A stretch of DNA of 24,000 nt from an uncultured Methanosarcinales archaeon (lineage in GTDB: Archaea; Nanobdellota; Nanobdellia; Woesearchaeales; GW2011-AR9): contig CAYFMJ010000002.1 of the NCBI GenBank assembly GCA_964344235.1, positions 135,496 through 159,495 of the forward strand, given 5' to 3'. Numbering within the stretch: the stretch's first letter is position 1; every line of letters starts with the position of its first letter. The notes beneath the pieces are model-generated. The model did not search any database, had not been told where the DNA came from, and saw nothing but the letters and a program-made list of their open reading frames with translations. The position numbers and the translations under genes were made by a program. Shown here in pieces: positions 13,442 to 22,961 of this stretch.

Positions 13442-14080
13442 GTGAAATACAAACTAATCATTTTTGACATGGACGGAGTTATCTTTCGAGATGTTAATTT
13501 TTGGTTAAGGGTGCATGAAGTATTTGGTACGTTAGAAAAAGGTAAAGTTCTGACAAAACAATATTTACATTCTGATTACGCAAAGCTTGTTGAGGAAGTT
13601 GTTGTAAAGTTATGGAAAGATAAAGATGCAACACCATACTTTGAGCTTGTTAATTCGTTAGAGTATTTACCTGGTGTAAAAGAAGTATTTGAATTTATTA
13701 AAAAACAGGATTTATTGACGGCAATTGTCTCCGCTTCTAGCATTGATGTAGCACGGAGAGTGCAAAAGGATTTTGGGGTGGACCATTTATTTGCGAATGA
13801 ATTGGTGATTCGGGAGAATCGTGTTACAGGAGAGTTTTTATGGCCGATTGCGCAGGGAAATGAGAAAAAAGCTGAGATTATTCGTCATCTCTGTCAAGAT
13901 CTAGGAATAAAGCCAGAAGAAGTTGTCTATGTGGGTGATTCTGATAAAGATATTGAAGCGTTTAAGGAAGTAGGATTGTCGGTAGCGTTTAATTCAGATT
14001 GTGAGGAGTTGAAAGCTGTGGCGACGCATATTGTGGATAGTGATAATTTAGCAGATGTTCTTCCATATATTGCAAAATAA
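13442..14080 (+). CDS. HAD-superfamily phosphatase (phosphoserine phosphatase-like, subfamily IB-like)
   Basis: Motif I 'IIFDMDGVI' (DxDG), motif II 'AIVSASS', and motifs III/IV 'K......VGDSDKDIEAFKEVG'. GTG start. Confidence 0.75.
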   Translation: MKYKLIIFDMDGVIFRDVNFWLRVHEVFGTLEKGKVLTKQYLHSDYAKLVEEVVVKLWKDKDATPYFELVNSLEYLPGVKEVFEFIKKQDLLTAIVSASSIDVARRVQKDFGVDHLFANELVIRENRVTGEFLWPIAQGNEKKAEIIRHLCQDLGIKPEEVVYVGDSDKDIEAFKEVGLSVAFNSDCEELKAVATHIVDSDNLADVLPYIAK

Positions 14081-14255
14081 CCATTAAAATAGCTGTTTAT
14101 TCGGGAATTCACCGATAGCTTTATAAACAAACCGCAGTTTTACCTCAAAAATGGCCGGGGATATTCTATAATTTAGCGACAAAGAGAGCTAGATCGTGGA
14201 ATGTCCTGCATAATTGCCCTGGTAGTGTAGCTCGGCCTAGCATGTTGCCCTGTCG

Positions 14256-14280
14256 GAAACTTTTTCGGAAGTTTGTGGAT
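14256..14280 (+). other. tRNA-Asp intron 1 (25 nt, 37/38)
   Basis: BHB fold: central CTGT/GTGG, bulges CG|G and AT|A, inner 6-bp helix AAACTT/AAGTTT. Confidence 0.75.
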
Positions 14281-14301
14281 AGGCAACGACCCGGGTTCAA
14301 A

Positions 14302-14333
14302 ACGTGAGGTGTTGAATCAACTCATGCTGAATG
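14302..14333 (+). other. tRNA-Asp intron 2 (32 nt, T-loop 59/60)
   Basis: BHB fold: outer helix is the T stem, central TTCA/TGAA, bulges AA|A and TG|T, inner helix CGTGAG/CTCATG. Confidence 0.75.
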
Positions 14334-14360
14334 TCCCGGCCAGGGCGTTTCAAGAAGCGA

Positions 14361-14382
14361 GCGAACATGGCAACATGTTCGC
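14361..14382 (+). other. perfect 9-bp hairpin in the 42-nt tRNA-Asp/tRNA-Lys spacer
   Basis: gcgaacatg-gcaa-catgttcgc. Confidence 0.6.
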
Positions 14383-14389
14383 AAGTCTC

Positions 14390-14506
14390 GGGCCGGTAGC
14401 TTAGCTTGGTAGAGCGCCTGACTTTTAGCAAAAAACAGGAGTTTTTTGAAACTTCCTGCCGAAAGTAATCAGGCGGTCGCGAGTTCAAATCTCGTCCGGC
14501 CCACCA
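14390..14506 (+). tRNA. tRNA-Lys(UUU) with one 40-nt intron at 37/38 and an encoded CCA
   Basis: Acceptor GGGCCGG/CCGGCCC, D arm GCTT-AGCTTGGTA-GAGC, anticodon stem CCTGA/TCAGG, spliced loop CTTTTAA, variable CGGTC, T arm GCGAG-TTCAAAT-CTCGT, A73, CCA at 14504-14506. Confidence 0.9.
14428..14467 (+). other. tRNA-Lys intron (40 nt, 37/38)
   Basis: BHB fold: central CTTT/AAAG, bulges TA|G and TA|A, internal helix CAGGA/TCCTG. Confidence 0.75.
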
Positions 14507-14515
14507 CTTTCCAAA

Positions 14516-14749
14516 ATGACAGACGTATCAAAACACATCCTCGTACCGAAACATACGAAAGTTTCCGACTCTGAGAAAGAAAAGATCTGTCAAGAATATA
14601 ATGTTGAGGCAGCTCAGTTACCGAAGATTTCTATTGATGATCCTGCTTTAGAGAAGCTTGATGTTAAGCCAGGTGATGTTGTTAAGATTGAAAGACAAAG
14701 CGTGACTGCAGGGAAAGCAGCATATTATCGCTTGGTGGTGGGTGCATAA
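14516..14749 (+). CDS. rpoH: DNA-directed RNA polymerase subunit H (Rpo5)
   Basis: 77 aa. 'HILVPKHTKVSDSEKEKI...LPKISIDDPALEKLDVKPGDVVKIER.S.TAG...YYRLVV' matches the RpoH/Rpb5 C-terminal domain. It is first in the canonical operon. Confidence 0.9.
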   Translation: MTDVSKHILVPKHTKVSDSEKEKICQEYNVEAAQLPKISIDDPALEKLDVKPGDVVKIERQSVTAGKAAYYRLVVGA

Positions 14750-16224
14750 TGGATCAGTCAATTCTCGTAAAGAAGTACTTTGAGGAAAACAAGTTTGTAG
14801 AAAGTAATATTCAATCATTTAATGCGTTTATTGAGAAAGGGTTGCAGGAAGTTATCGAGGAGAATAAAGAGGCAGAGCCAACAATTATCCCCCATAACAT
14901 TGAAAGTTTTAAGATTAGATTTGGCAGAATTACTGTAGGAAAACCAGAGATTACAGAAGCTGATGGAAGTAAGAGACCAATTTACCCGATGGAAGCGCGG
15001 TTACGAAAAATCACCTACCATGCGCCTATCTTCTTAGAAGTGAGCACATATATTAACGATGTGCAGCGAGAGAACTTCGTGGCAGAGGTTGGAAAGATGC
15101 CAATTATGTTACGGTCCAAGTTTTGTAATTTAGATGGCTTAAGCAATGAAGATCTTGTAAAGAAAGGGGAAGACGCAACTGACCCTGGTGGATATTTCAT
15201 TATTAACGGAACAGAGAGGGCGATTGTTAATGTTGAAGATTTAGCTGCAAATAATTTTGTTGTTGAATTGAATTCTTCAAAAGATTTTGTTGGACGATTC
15301 TTTGCATCACAGGGCTCATATAAAATTCCACACTCATTTGAGAAGAAGAAAGACGGTATCTATTACATGACATTTACACGTGTTAAACAGATGCCTGTTG
15401 TTATTGTTCTAAAAGCATTAGGATTAGTGCGTGATGAAGATATCATGAAAGCAATCTCAACGAAGAAAAATTACGATGAAATTATTGTGAATTTATTTGA
15501 GTTTGTTAATATCAAAACACAGGAAGAAGCGATTGATTACATCAGTAAGAGAATTGGTATTACGCAGGCAAAAGAAATCCGAATGGAACGAACCAAAGAT
15601 ACACTTGACAAATATTTATTACCGAACATTGGTATGGACTCAAGCTTACGGGCAGAGAAAGCACGTAACATTTGTAAGATGTTGAAGAAGTTCATTGATG
15701 TGAGTAATGGAACGCTTCCTGCTGACGATAAAGATCATTACATGAATAAGAGAGTTAGATTGAGTGGAGATTTATTATTGGACTTGTTTAGGGTTAATTT
15801 TAAAGTGCTAGTTGGAGACATTTTATACAACTTCCAACGAATCATTAAGCGAGGAAAACTTCCTAGTATTCGAGTTATTATCCGGGATAAGTTGTTAACG
15901 TCACGATTATATTCCTCAATGGCAACCGGAGAATGGGTTGGTGGAAGACAGGGTATCTCTCAGAGAATGGATCGAACGAACTTCTTAGGAATGGTTTCTC
16001 ATTTACAGAGAGTTGTGAGTCCATTATCAAGTGCACAGGAGAATTTCGAAGCAAGAGCGTTACATTGTACGCATGTTGGAAGATTATGCCCGATTGAAAC
16101 TCCAGAGGGAACAAATATTGGTTTACGGAAAAACTTAGCTATGCTTTGTTCATTATCACAGGAAGTTGATGGCAAAGAAGTTTTGGAAAAAATGAAAGAA
16201 ATTGGTCTACAGGAGGCTCACTAG
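14749..16224 (+). CDS. rpoB2: DNA-directed RNA polymerase subunit B'' (N-terminal half of split RpoB)
   Basis: 491 aa with N-terminal 'SNIQSFNAFIEKGLQEVI' and 'DPGGYFIINGTERAIV'. Its position is between rpoH and B'. The start overlaps the rpoH stop (TAATG). Confidence 0.92.
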   Translation: MDQSILVKKYFEENKFVESNIQSFNAFIEKGLQEVIEENKEAEPTIIPHNIESFKIRFGRITVGKPEITEADGSKRPIYPMEARLRKITYHAPIFLEVSTYINDVQRENFVAEVGKMPIMLRSKFCNLDGLSNEDLVKKGEDATDPGGYFIINGTERAIVNVEDLAANNFVVELNSSKDFVGRFFASQGSYKIPHSFEKKKDGIYYMTFTRVKQMPVVIVLKALGLVRDEDIMKAISTKKNYDEIIVNLFEFVNIKTQEEAIDYISKRIGITQAKEIRMERTKDTLDKYLLPNIGMDSSLRAEKARNICKMLKKFIDVSNGTLPADDKDHYMNKRVRLSGDLLLDLFRVNFKVLVGDILYNFQRIIKRGKLPSIRVIIRDKLLTSRLYSSMATGEWVGGRQGISQRMDRTNFLGMVSHLQRVVSPLSSAQENFEARALHCTHVGRLCPIETPEGTNIGLRKNLAMLCSLSQEVDGKEVLEKMKEIGLQEAH

Positions 16225-16225
16225 A

Positions 16226-18031
16226 ATGACTGATGTATACTTAAACTCACAGTACGTTGGAACGGTTGAAAATAGTAAGCACTTTGTTGACAATATTAAA
16301 GATCAGCGACGAAGTGGTTCCCTGCCAAATACAGTTAACGTTCACTTTAAGGAGGCAGCAGATGAGATTCATGTCTTTGCAGATGGTGGAAGAGCACGAC
16401 GCCCATTAGTTATTGTAAAAGAATCTAAGCCGCTTCTAACGGAAAAACATCTTGAACAGTTACATGCTGGAGAGATTACTTGGATGGATTTGGTACGACA
16501 GGGAGTTATTGAATACTTAGATGCAGCTGAGGAGGAAAATGCATTAGTGGCTGCGTTAGCAGAGGCCATTACTGAAGCTCACACACATTTGGAAGTAACA
16601 CCAAGTGTTATCAGCGGAGTTACGGCGGCTCTTGTGCCGTTTGGAAATTTTATGCCTTCACAGCGTTTAATTATTGGAAGTAAGAATCAGAAACAAGCAC
16701 TAGGATTTTATGCAGCTAATTATCATATTCGAATGGATATGGATGCTAATGTTTTACATTACCCACAAGCTCCATTGGTACGAACGATGATCCATGACAT
16801 GGCTGGTTATGAAGAACATCCAAGTGGACAAAACATGGTGGTTGCAGTGATGTGTTATGATGGATATAATATGGAGGACGGTGTTATTCTAAACAAAGGA
16901 GCAGTGCAACGTGGTTTAGCTCGAAGTACATATTTCCGACCAGTGAATGCAACAGAATTACGATATTCTGGTGGTTTAGTGGATGAAGTTTCCGTACCTG
17001 ACAAAGATGTGAAAGGGTATAGGAGCGAGCACGAATATAGATTCTTAGAAGGCGATGGTATTGTCTATCCAGAAGCGAAGCTTGAAGAAGGCGATGTGTT
17101 GATTGGACGAACAAGTCCACCGCGATTCCTAAGTAGCATGGATGAATATAACTTATCAGCAGCTGTACGAAGAGAAAGTTCTATTGGCTTAAAGCATGGT
17201 GAGAAGGGAGTAGCAGACTTTGTTGTTGTTACAGAGAATGAAGAAGGAAATCGATTAGTGCAAGTGCGATTGCGAGAAGAGAGAATCCCTGAGATTGGTG
17301 ATAAGTTTACATCACGACATGGACAGAAGGGTGTAACCGGAATTTTAGTACCACAGACAGACGCTCCGTTCTCCTCAACGGGAATTGTGCCGGATTTGAT
17401 TTTCACTCCACACGGTATCTCTTCACGGATGACCCTATCCCATCTAATGGAAATTCTTGGTGGGAAAGTAGCTGCTCTTTCCGGAAGATTTGTTGATGGA
17501 ACGTTGTTTAAGTCAGAGCCACAGGATGTGTTACGGAAAGAATTATTAGATTTAGGATTTAGACCTGATGGGACAGAAGTGTTCTTTGATGGACGAACTG
17601 GTAAGCAGATGCTTGCAAAGATTTACGTTGGAAATATGTATTATTTACGATTGCGACATATGGTTGCAAATAAAATGCAATCCAGAGCAAGAGGGCCTAT
17701 CCAGCTTCTAACACGACAGCCAACTGAAGGTAAGGCGAAAGAGGGTGGTCTACGGTTAGGAGAGATGGAGAAAGATACGCTTATTGCACACGGCGCTTCA
17801 TTATTGTTAAAGGAGCGATTCAATGCAGATAAAGTTGTTGTACCGGTTTGTGAGAAATCTGGCTTAATGGGCTATTACGATTTCCGACGAAATGGTGCAC
17901 CAATTTCTCCATTGTATGGAGAAAATTCAACAATGTCAAATGTTGAAATGAGTTATGCATTTAAGTTGTTGCTAGATGAGATTCGAAGTTTAGGTATCTA
18001 TGCAAAATTACATTTGGAGAATAAGTATTAA
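16226..18031 (+). CDS. rpoB1: DNA-directed RNA polymerase subunit B' (C-terminal half of split RpoB)
   Basis: 'GDKFTSRHGQKGV' and 'RLGEMEKDTLIAHGAS'. The ATG at 16226 is preceded by AGGAGG (16211-16216). The ORF-track start at 16202 is a TTG overlapping the B'' end. Confidence 0.92.
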   Translation: MTDVYLNSQYVGTVENSKHFVDNIKDQRRSGSLPNTVNVHFKEAADEIHVFADGGRARRPLVIVKESKPLLTEKHLEQLHAGEITWMDLVRQGVIEYLDAAEEENALVAALAEAITEAHTHLEVTPSVISGVTAALVPFGNFMPSQRLIIGSKNQKQALGFYAANYHIRMDMDANVLHYPQAPLVRTMIHDMAGYEEHPSGQNMVVAVMCYDGYNMEDGVILNKGAVQRGLARSTYFRPVNATELRYSGGLVDEVSVPDKDVKGYRSEHEYRFLEGDGIVYPEAKLEEGDVLIGRTSPPRFLSSMDEYNLSAAVRRESSIGLKHGEKGVADFVVVTENEEGNRLVQVRLREERIPEIGDKFTSRHGQKGVTGILVPQTDAPFSSTGIVPDLIFTPHGISSRMTLSHLMEILGGKVAALSGRFVDGTLFKSEPQDVLRKELLDLGFRPDGTEVFFDGRTGKQMLAKIYVGNMYYLRLRHMVANKMQSRARGPIQLLTRQPTEGKAKEGGLRLGEMEKDTLIAHGASLLLKERFNADKVVVPVCEKSGLMGYYDFRRNGAPISPLYGENSTMSNVEMSYAFKLLLDEIRSLGIYAKLHLENKY

Positions 18032-18054
18032 CTGGGGGGCAATAGGAAAACACA

Positions 18055-20625
18055 ATGAATAGACAAGTACACAAGCGGATCAAGAGCATCAGTTTTGGTG
18101 TGATGGCGCCAAACCATATCGTCGATGCAGCGGCAGCTAAAATTGTGACACCAGAATTGTATGACCGAGAGGGATACCCAGTAGATGGTGGTTTGATGGA
18201 TTTACGATTGGGTGTTATTGATCCTGGTTTACGATGTAAGACTGATGGTGGAAGATTAAAAGAATCGTTTGGTCACTTTGGATATATTGAATTAGCTCGA
18301 CCCGTTATTCACATTAAATTTGTGCGACAGATTCTGGACATATTACGGTGTACGGACAAAGAAACAGGACGATTATTGGTTTCTGATGAAGAAGTTAAGA
18401 AGTATATGAAGCAAATTGATACTGTTGGCCAAGAAGGTGGCGGTTTTGCTCTACGTCGGAAAAAGATTAAAGAGATTATTCGAAAAATTGCAGCTCGTAC
18501 AAAAGGTGCCGATGGTAAGCCACGAGAGAAAATTCGATTAGAAAAACCATATTCCTATTACGAGGGGGACACTCGATTAAGTCCGATTGAAGTGCGGGCG
18601 AGATTAGAGAAAGTGTCTGAAGAAGATCTTCCGTTATTTGGTTTTGCAAAAGGGTTTAGACCAGAATGGATGGTTCTAACTGTTTTACAAATTCCGCCAG
18701 TAACAATGCGGCCTTCGATTACGCTTGAAAGTGGTGAGCGAAGTGAAGATGATTTAACACATAAGCTGGGGGATATTGTACGGATTAACCAGCGATTATT
18801 TGAGAATATTAACGCAGGAGCTCCAGAGGTTATTATTGAAGATTTATGGGACTTACTACAGTATCACGTAACAACATTCTTTGATAACAGTGTAGCACAG
18901 TTACCGCCTGCTCGCCATAGGGGTGGACAGGTTCTGAAGACTCTTGCAAGTAGAGTAGCAAGTAAGGATGGAAGAATTCGTCATAACTTAGCGGGAAAAA
19001 GAACAGATTTCTCAGCACGGACAGTTATTTCCCCAGACCCATTAATTAAGTTGAATGAGGTTGGGGTGCCACAACGAATGGCAATGAACCTAACTGTGCC
19101 AGAAAGAGTGACTGAATGGAATAAAGAATATGTTAAGAAGTTTGTTGAAAACGGTCCTAAGAAATACCCTGGGGCAAATTATATTATCAAACCTGACGGA
19201 AAACGGAAAACAATTACTGTGGAGACACAGGAAGAGATTCTTGAGGAGCTGGATAACGGTTATATCGTGGAAAGACACTTGCTAGATGGGGATGTTGCAT
19301 TATTTAACAGACAGCCATCATTGCACAGAATGAGTATGATGTGTCATCTAGTGAAAGTTCTCCCAGGTAAAACGTTTAGATTAAACCCCTCTGTTTGTAA
19401 CCCATATAACGCAGATTTCGACGGGGATGAGATGAACTTACATATTCCTCAAACAGAAGAAGCGCGAGCGGAAGCGAAGATTTTGATGTTAGTAGAAACA
19501 CAGATTATCAGTCCTCGTTATGGTTTAAGTGTTGTGGGATGTATTCACGATGCAATTACAGGGAATTATTTGTTAACAAAAGAGCTAGTCTTCTATCGAG
19601 ATGAAGCAGCAGATCTACTGTTTAATTGTGGTGTAACTGATTTATCGAGACTACCAAAGAAAGAGAAAGTTGATGGGAAAGAAGTGTTCTCAATGTTACT
19701 GCCATCCGATTTTAGTTTTGTTGGAAAAGATAAGAGTGGCAATGAAGTTAAAATTGTTAACGGAATGTTGAAATCCGGGTTAATGGACAAGTCAAACTTA
19801 GGTCAAGAATCTGGGTTAATGCTGCGGAACATCTATGAAACGTACGGTCCAGCGTATACAGCAGGACTACTTGGAAGAATTTCGAAGTTAGGAACTCTTG
19901 TGTTAGCACGAAGAGGTTTCTCGATAGGATTACGTGATATGGATTTATCAGAAGAAACGATTGCAGATGTCGCCGCAGTTATTACAAAAGCAGAACAGGA
20001 TGTTGCACAGTTGGTTGACCAGTTCCATGCAGGAAAATTAGCGGCACTGCCAGGAAGAACCGTTGAAGAAACAGTAGAAGTGCGGATTTTGGAAGTGCTA
20101 AATAAAGCTCGGAATAAAGCAGGGGATGTGGCGATGAAACAAGTGAAGAATAGTTCTGCATTAACAATGGCTCGTTGCGGTTCTAGAGGAAACCCACTAA
20201 ACATCGCACAGATGACTGCGGTAGTGGGCCAGTTAGCTCTTCGTGGGAAGCGGATTGATAAAGGATTTAGTGGAAGAACATTATCATATTTCAAGAGAAA
20301 TGATTTGAACCCGAAAGCACGTGGGTTTGTTAAGAATAACTTTAAGTCTGGGTTAGCGCCGCATGAGTTCTTCTTTGGAGCTATGACGGGAAGAGACGCT
20401 CTGATGGATACCGCTTTACGAACACCTAAATCAGGATATTTATATCGAAGATTATCGAATGCTATGCAGGATCTTAAAGTTGAGTATGATAGTACTGTTA
20501 GAGATGCAAGTAGTAAGATTGTGCAGTTTGCGTATGGGGAAGACGGTTTAGACGTTTCCAAGACGAAGAACGGAGTTGTTGACGTTCCAACGATTATCAG
20601 AACGGTTGTGGGTGAGAAACAATGA
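18055..20625 (+). CDS. rpoA1: DNA-directed RNA polymerase subunit A'
   Basis: 856 aa with the catalytic '[13 protein letters not shown]' and '[20 protein letters not shown]'. Confidence 0.95.
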   Translation: MNRQVHKRIKSISFGVMAPNHIVDAAAAKIVTPELYDREGYPVDGGLMDLRLGVIDPGLRCKTDGGRLKESFGHFGYIELARPVIHIKFVRQILDILRCTDKETGRLLVSDEEVKKYMKQIDTVGQEGGGFALRRKKIKEIIRKIAARTKGADGKPREKIRLEKPYSYYEGDTRLSPIEVRARLEKVSEEDLPLFGFAKGFRPEWMVLTVLQIPPVTMRPSITLESGERSEDDLTHKLGDIVRINQRLFENINAGAPEVIIEDLWDLLQYHVTTFFDNSVAQLPPARHRGGQVLKTLASRVASKDGRIRHNLAGKRTDFSARTVISPDPLIKLNEVGVPQRMAMNLTVPERVTEWNKEYVKKFVENGPKKYPGANYIIKPDGKRKTITVETQEEILEELDNGYIVERHLLDGDVALFNRQPSLHRMSMMCHLVKVLPGKTFRLNPSVCNPYNADFDGDEMNLHIPQTEEARAEAKILMLVETQIISPRYGLSVVGCIHDAITGNYLLTKELVFYRDEAADLLFNCGVTDLSRLPKKEKVDGKEVFSMLLPSDFSFVGKDKSGNEVKIVNGMLKSGLMDKSNLGQESGLMLRNIYETYGPAYTAGLLGRISKLGTLVLARRGFSIGLRDMDLSEETIADVAAVITKAEQDVAQLVDQFHAGKLAALPGRTVEETVEVRILEVLNKARNKAGDVAMKQVKNSSALTMARCGSRGNPLNIAQMTAVVGQLALRGKRIDKGFSGRTLSYFKRNDLNPKARGFVKNNFKSGLAPHEFFFGAMTGRDALMDTALRTPKSGYLYRRLSNAMQDLKVEYDSTVRDASSKIVQFAYGEDGLDVSKTKNGVVDVPTIIRTVVGEKQ

Positions 20626-21764
20626 AAGAAGAACATCAGAAATTAGTGAATGAGTACAAGAAAAAATTACCTGCTTCTGTGTTAGCTGAGATTACTGATA
20701 CTGTTCCCGGAAATATTTCCAAAGCGGCTTTGACAAAGATTTTAGAGAAAACAGTTGAAACCTATGACGCTGCTCGTGTGAATGCGGGGGAATGTGTTGG
20801 TTTAGTTTCGGCAGAAAGTATTGGAGAGCCAGGTACCCAGATGACTCTGAACACATTCCACTTCGCGGGAGTTGCAGAGATGAACGTTACAACGGGTCTA
20901 CCACGAATTATTGAAATTTTTGATGCACAAAAATCAATCAAAACTCCAATGATGGAAGTTTACTTGAAAAGCCCCCACAATAAAGTTGAGAATGTTGCAA
21001 AGTTTGCTTCTCGTATTAAAGCAACATTGTTGGGAGAATTCGTTTCAGAATACTCATTAAACATCTTTGAGCAAACATTAACATTAAGGTTAAATATGGA
21101 TCTACTAGAAGCACACGGTCTACAAGTAAAGGATTTAGCATCATCCTCACGGACCAAAGCAAAAGGCTTTTCAGTGAAAACGGGAGAGAATGAGATTACG
21201 TATACACAGAAAGGTAAAGCAGAAGAGATTAAAGATTTGTATGCATTAAAGGAAAAGATTCGAAAAGTTAAGGTATCTGGTTTAAAGGGAATTACACAAG
21301 TTCTTCCTGTAAAGAGAGGGGAAGAGTATATTGTGTTAACGTCAGGTATTAACTTGAAAGAAGTGTTAGCAATGCCAGAAGTTGATCCAACACGAACTAT
21401 TAGTAACGATATTTATGAAATCAGAGATGTGTTAGGGATTGAAGCAGCTCGGCAAGCAATCATTAATGAAGTATACAAAGTTATTGAGGCACAGGGTTTG
21501 AATATTGATATTCGGCACATTATGTTGGTAGCGGATATCATGTCAGTGAGTGGGAAAGTAAAAGGTATCACTCGATACGGTGTTGTTAGTGAGAAAGCAT
21601 CAGTACTGGCTAGAGCGTCGTTTGAGACACCGATCACCCATTTAATGAATGCTGCATTGGAAGGCGAAGTTGATAATTTAACATCAGTTGTAGAAAATGT
21701 TATGATTAACCAACCAGTTCCTCTTGGGACTGGCTTACCTGGTTTAATCACAAAGATGAAGTGA
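20622..21764 (+). CDS. rpoA2: DNA-directed RNA polymerase subunit A''
   Basis: 380 aa with '[16 protein letters not shown]'. ATGA overlap with rpoA'. Confidence 0.95.
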   Translation: MKEEHQKLVNEYKKKLPASVLAEITDTVPGNISKAALTKILEKTVETYDAARVNAGECVGLVSAESIGEPGTQMTLNTFHFAGVAEMNVTTGLPRIIEIFDAQKSIKTPMMEVYLKSPHNKVENVAKFASRIKATLLGEFVSEYSLNIFEQTLTLRLNMDLLEAHGLQVKDLASSSRTKAKGFSVKTGENEITYTQKGKAEEIKDLYALKEKIRKVKVSGLKGITQVLPVKRGEEYIVLTSGINLKEVLAMPEVDPTRTISNDIYEIRDVLGIEAARQAIINEVYKVIEAQGLNIDIRHIMLVADIMSVSGKVKGITRYGVVSEKASVLARASFETPITHLMNAALEGEVDNLTSVVENVMINQPVPLGTGLPGLITKMK

Positions 21765-21778
21765 GGGTGTAGGGAATA

Positions 21779-22066
21779 ATGGCAAAGCGAAAAGAAGTTG
21801 ATGAACAATCAAAAGAATTGAAAGGATTTGTACAGGGTAAGAAAGTTGTCTATGGAACTGATCAGGTTATGAAAGGCCTGAAAGCGAAGTCGCTTGTGAA
21901 AGTGTATGTTGCAAGTAATACTCGTCAGGATGTTCGTGAAGACATTGCACATTATGCTAATTTGGCAGGGATTCCTGTCGTTGAGTTAGGTTTTGACAAC
22001 GAGGAACTTGGTGTTTTCTGTAAGAAGAATTTCTTTGTTTCTGTTCTTGGCGTGATTGGTGCGTAA
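21779..22066 (+). CDS. rpl30e: 50S ribosomal protein L30e
   Basis: 95 aa with 'KSLVKVYVASN...IAHYANLAGIPVVELGFDNEELGVFCKKNFFVSVLGV'. Canonical position after rpoA''. Confidence 0.85.
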   Translation: MAKRKEVDEQSKELKGFVQGKKVVYGTDQVMKGLKAKSLVKVYVASNTRQDVREDIAHYANLAGIPVVELGFDNEELGVFCKKNFFVSVLGVIGA

Positions 22067-22484
22067 GTTGGTACGCATAAAGTTAGACCAAGAAGCGTTG
22101 GGTTTATCTGCAGTGTTTGAGAGAATGACCCGTGCGCGTGTGAAAGATTGCTTTAAAGAAGAAGATGCGTTATATTTTGTCGTTGCACCTGGTGAGCTCG
22201 GGAAAGCCATTGGAAAAGGTGGCGTAATGATTCGTAAGTTAACGGAGCGGTTTCGGCAACCAGTTCGAGTTATTGAGTTTAGAGATACGGTGGAGCGGTT
22301 TGTACAGAATGTCATTTACCCTGTGAAAGTGCAGCGGATTTACGTTGAAGATAATGTTGTGTTGATCTCAGATGAGGATCGATCAGTGAAAGGAAAAGTT
22401 ATTGGTAGGTCCGGAACACGGTTAGCGTTTGTCAATCGTGTGGTGAAGCGATTCTTTGATGTGAGTGAGGTTAAAGTCGTTTGA
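22056..22484 (+). CDS. nusA: archaeal NusA-like transcription termination/antitermination protein (two KH domains)
   Basis: 'GELGKAIGKGGVMIRKL' and 'KGKVIGRSGTRLAFVNRV' are GxxG KH motifs. Non-ATG start (TTG 22056, GTG 22059 or TTG 22068), so the exact start is uncertain. Confidence 0.8.
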   Translation: MVRKLVRIKLDQEALGLSAVFERMTRARVKDCFKEEDALYFVVAPGELGKAIGKGGVMIRKLTERFRQPVRVIEFRDTVERFVQNVIYPVKVQRIYVEDNVVLISDEDRSVKGKVIGRSGTRLAFVNRVVKRFFDVSEVKVV

Positions 22485-22511
22485 GAATACCGTTATTTGT
22501 CCACAGTAAAG

Positions 22512-22519
22512 TTTATAAA
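22512..22519 (+). promoter_or_regulatory. BRE/TATA (cagtaaag-tttataaa) for rps12-rps7
   Basis: Centre is about 26 nt upstream of the ATG at 22542. Confidence 0.55.
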
Positions 22520-22541
22520 TGAACTGGGTTGAGAAGAGAAT

Positions 22542-22961
22542 ATGGCTAATAAAGCACGAGGATTAGGAGCAGCAAAGAAGCTGATGAAGCGTCGGAGCAG
22601 CTCTAAGCTTCCGAATAAAACAAAGCGGAAGAAAAAAGTAGATCCTCTGGCTGGAAGCTCCCAAGCAAAGGCTATTGTTCTGGAGAAAATTCAGGTAGAA
22701 GCAAAGCAGCCGAACTCAGCAATGAGGAAATGTGCAAGAGTGCAATTAGTAAAGAATGGAAAACAGATTACTGCATTTATGCCGGGTGATGGTGCTCAGA
22801 AGTTAATCAACGAGCACGATGAAGTTATTATCGAATGTATTGGTGGAAAGATGGGTCGAGCAAAAGGAGATATTCCTGGTGTGAGATGGCAAGTTCTTAA
22901 AGTGAATGATCAGAGTTTGAAAGCGTTATTAGGCGGTAAGTTGGAGAAAGCAAGACGATGA
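22542..22961 (+). CDS. rps12: 30S ribosomal protein S12 (uS12)
   Basis: '[30 protein letters not shown]' and '[14 protein letters not shown]'. Confidence 0.95.
   Translation: MANKARGLGAAKKLMKRRSSSKLPNKTKRKKKVDPLAGSSQAKAIVLEKIQVEAKQPNSAMRKCARVQLVKNGKQITAFMPGDGAQKLINEHDEVIIECIGGKMGRAKGDIPGVRWQVLKVNDQSLKALLGGKLEKARR

Larger units (their letters stand above)
14216..14347 (+). tRNA. tRNA-Asp(GUC) with two introns (25 nt at 37/38, 32 nt at 59/60)
   Basis: Acceptor GCCCTGG/CCAGGGC, D arm GTGT-AGCTCGGCCTA-GCAT, anticodon stem TTGCC/GGCAA, spliced loop CTGTCGA, variable CGAC, T stem CCGGG/CCCGG, spliced T loop TTCAAAT. G73 is the expected Asp discriminator. Confidence 0.85.

Noticed and set aside
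14081-14215. 135-nt gap before tRNA-Asp as a possible ncRNA or tRNA fragment ('atggccgggg')
   Set aside because: I could build no cloverleaf elements, no extended helices and no conserved boxes. It is most simply the terminator/promoter region with a TATA-like tataattt at 14167-14174.
14297-14488. 63-aa minus-strand ORF
   Set aside because: It lies entirely across tRNA-Asp exon 3, the spacer hairpin and tRNA-Lys, and the tRNA folds explain the sequence.
19833-20636. 267-aa minus-strand ORF inside rpoA'
   Set aside because: It is antisense to a highly conserved RNAP subunit with clear motifs, has no promoter or motif of its own, and is a typical spurious long antisense frame.
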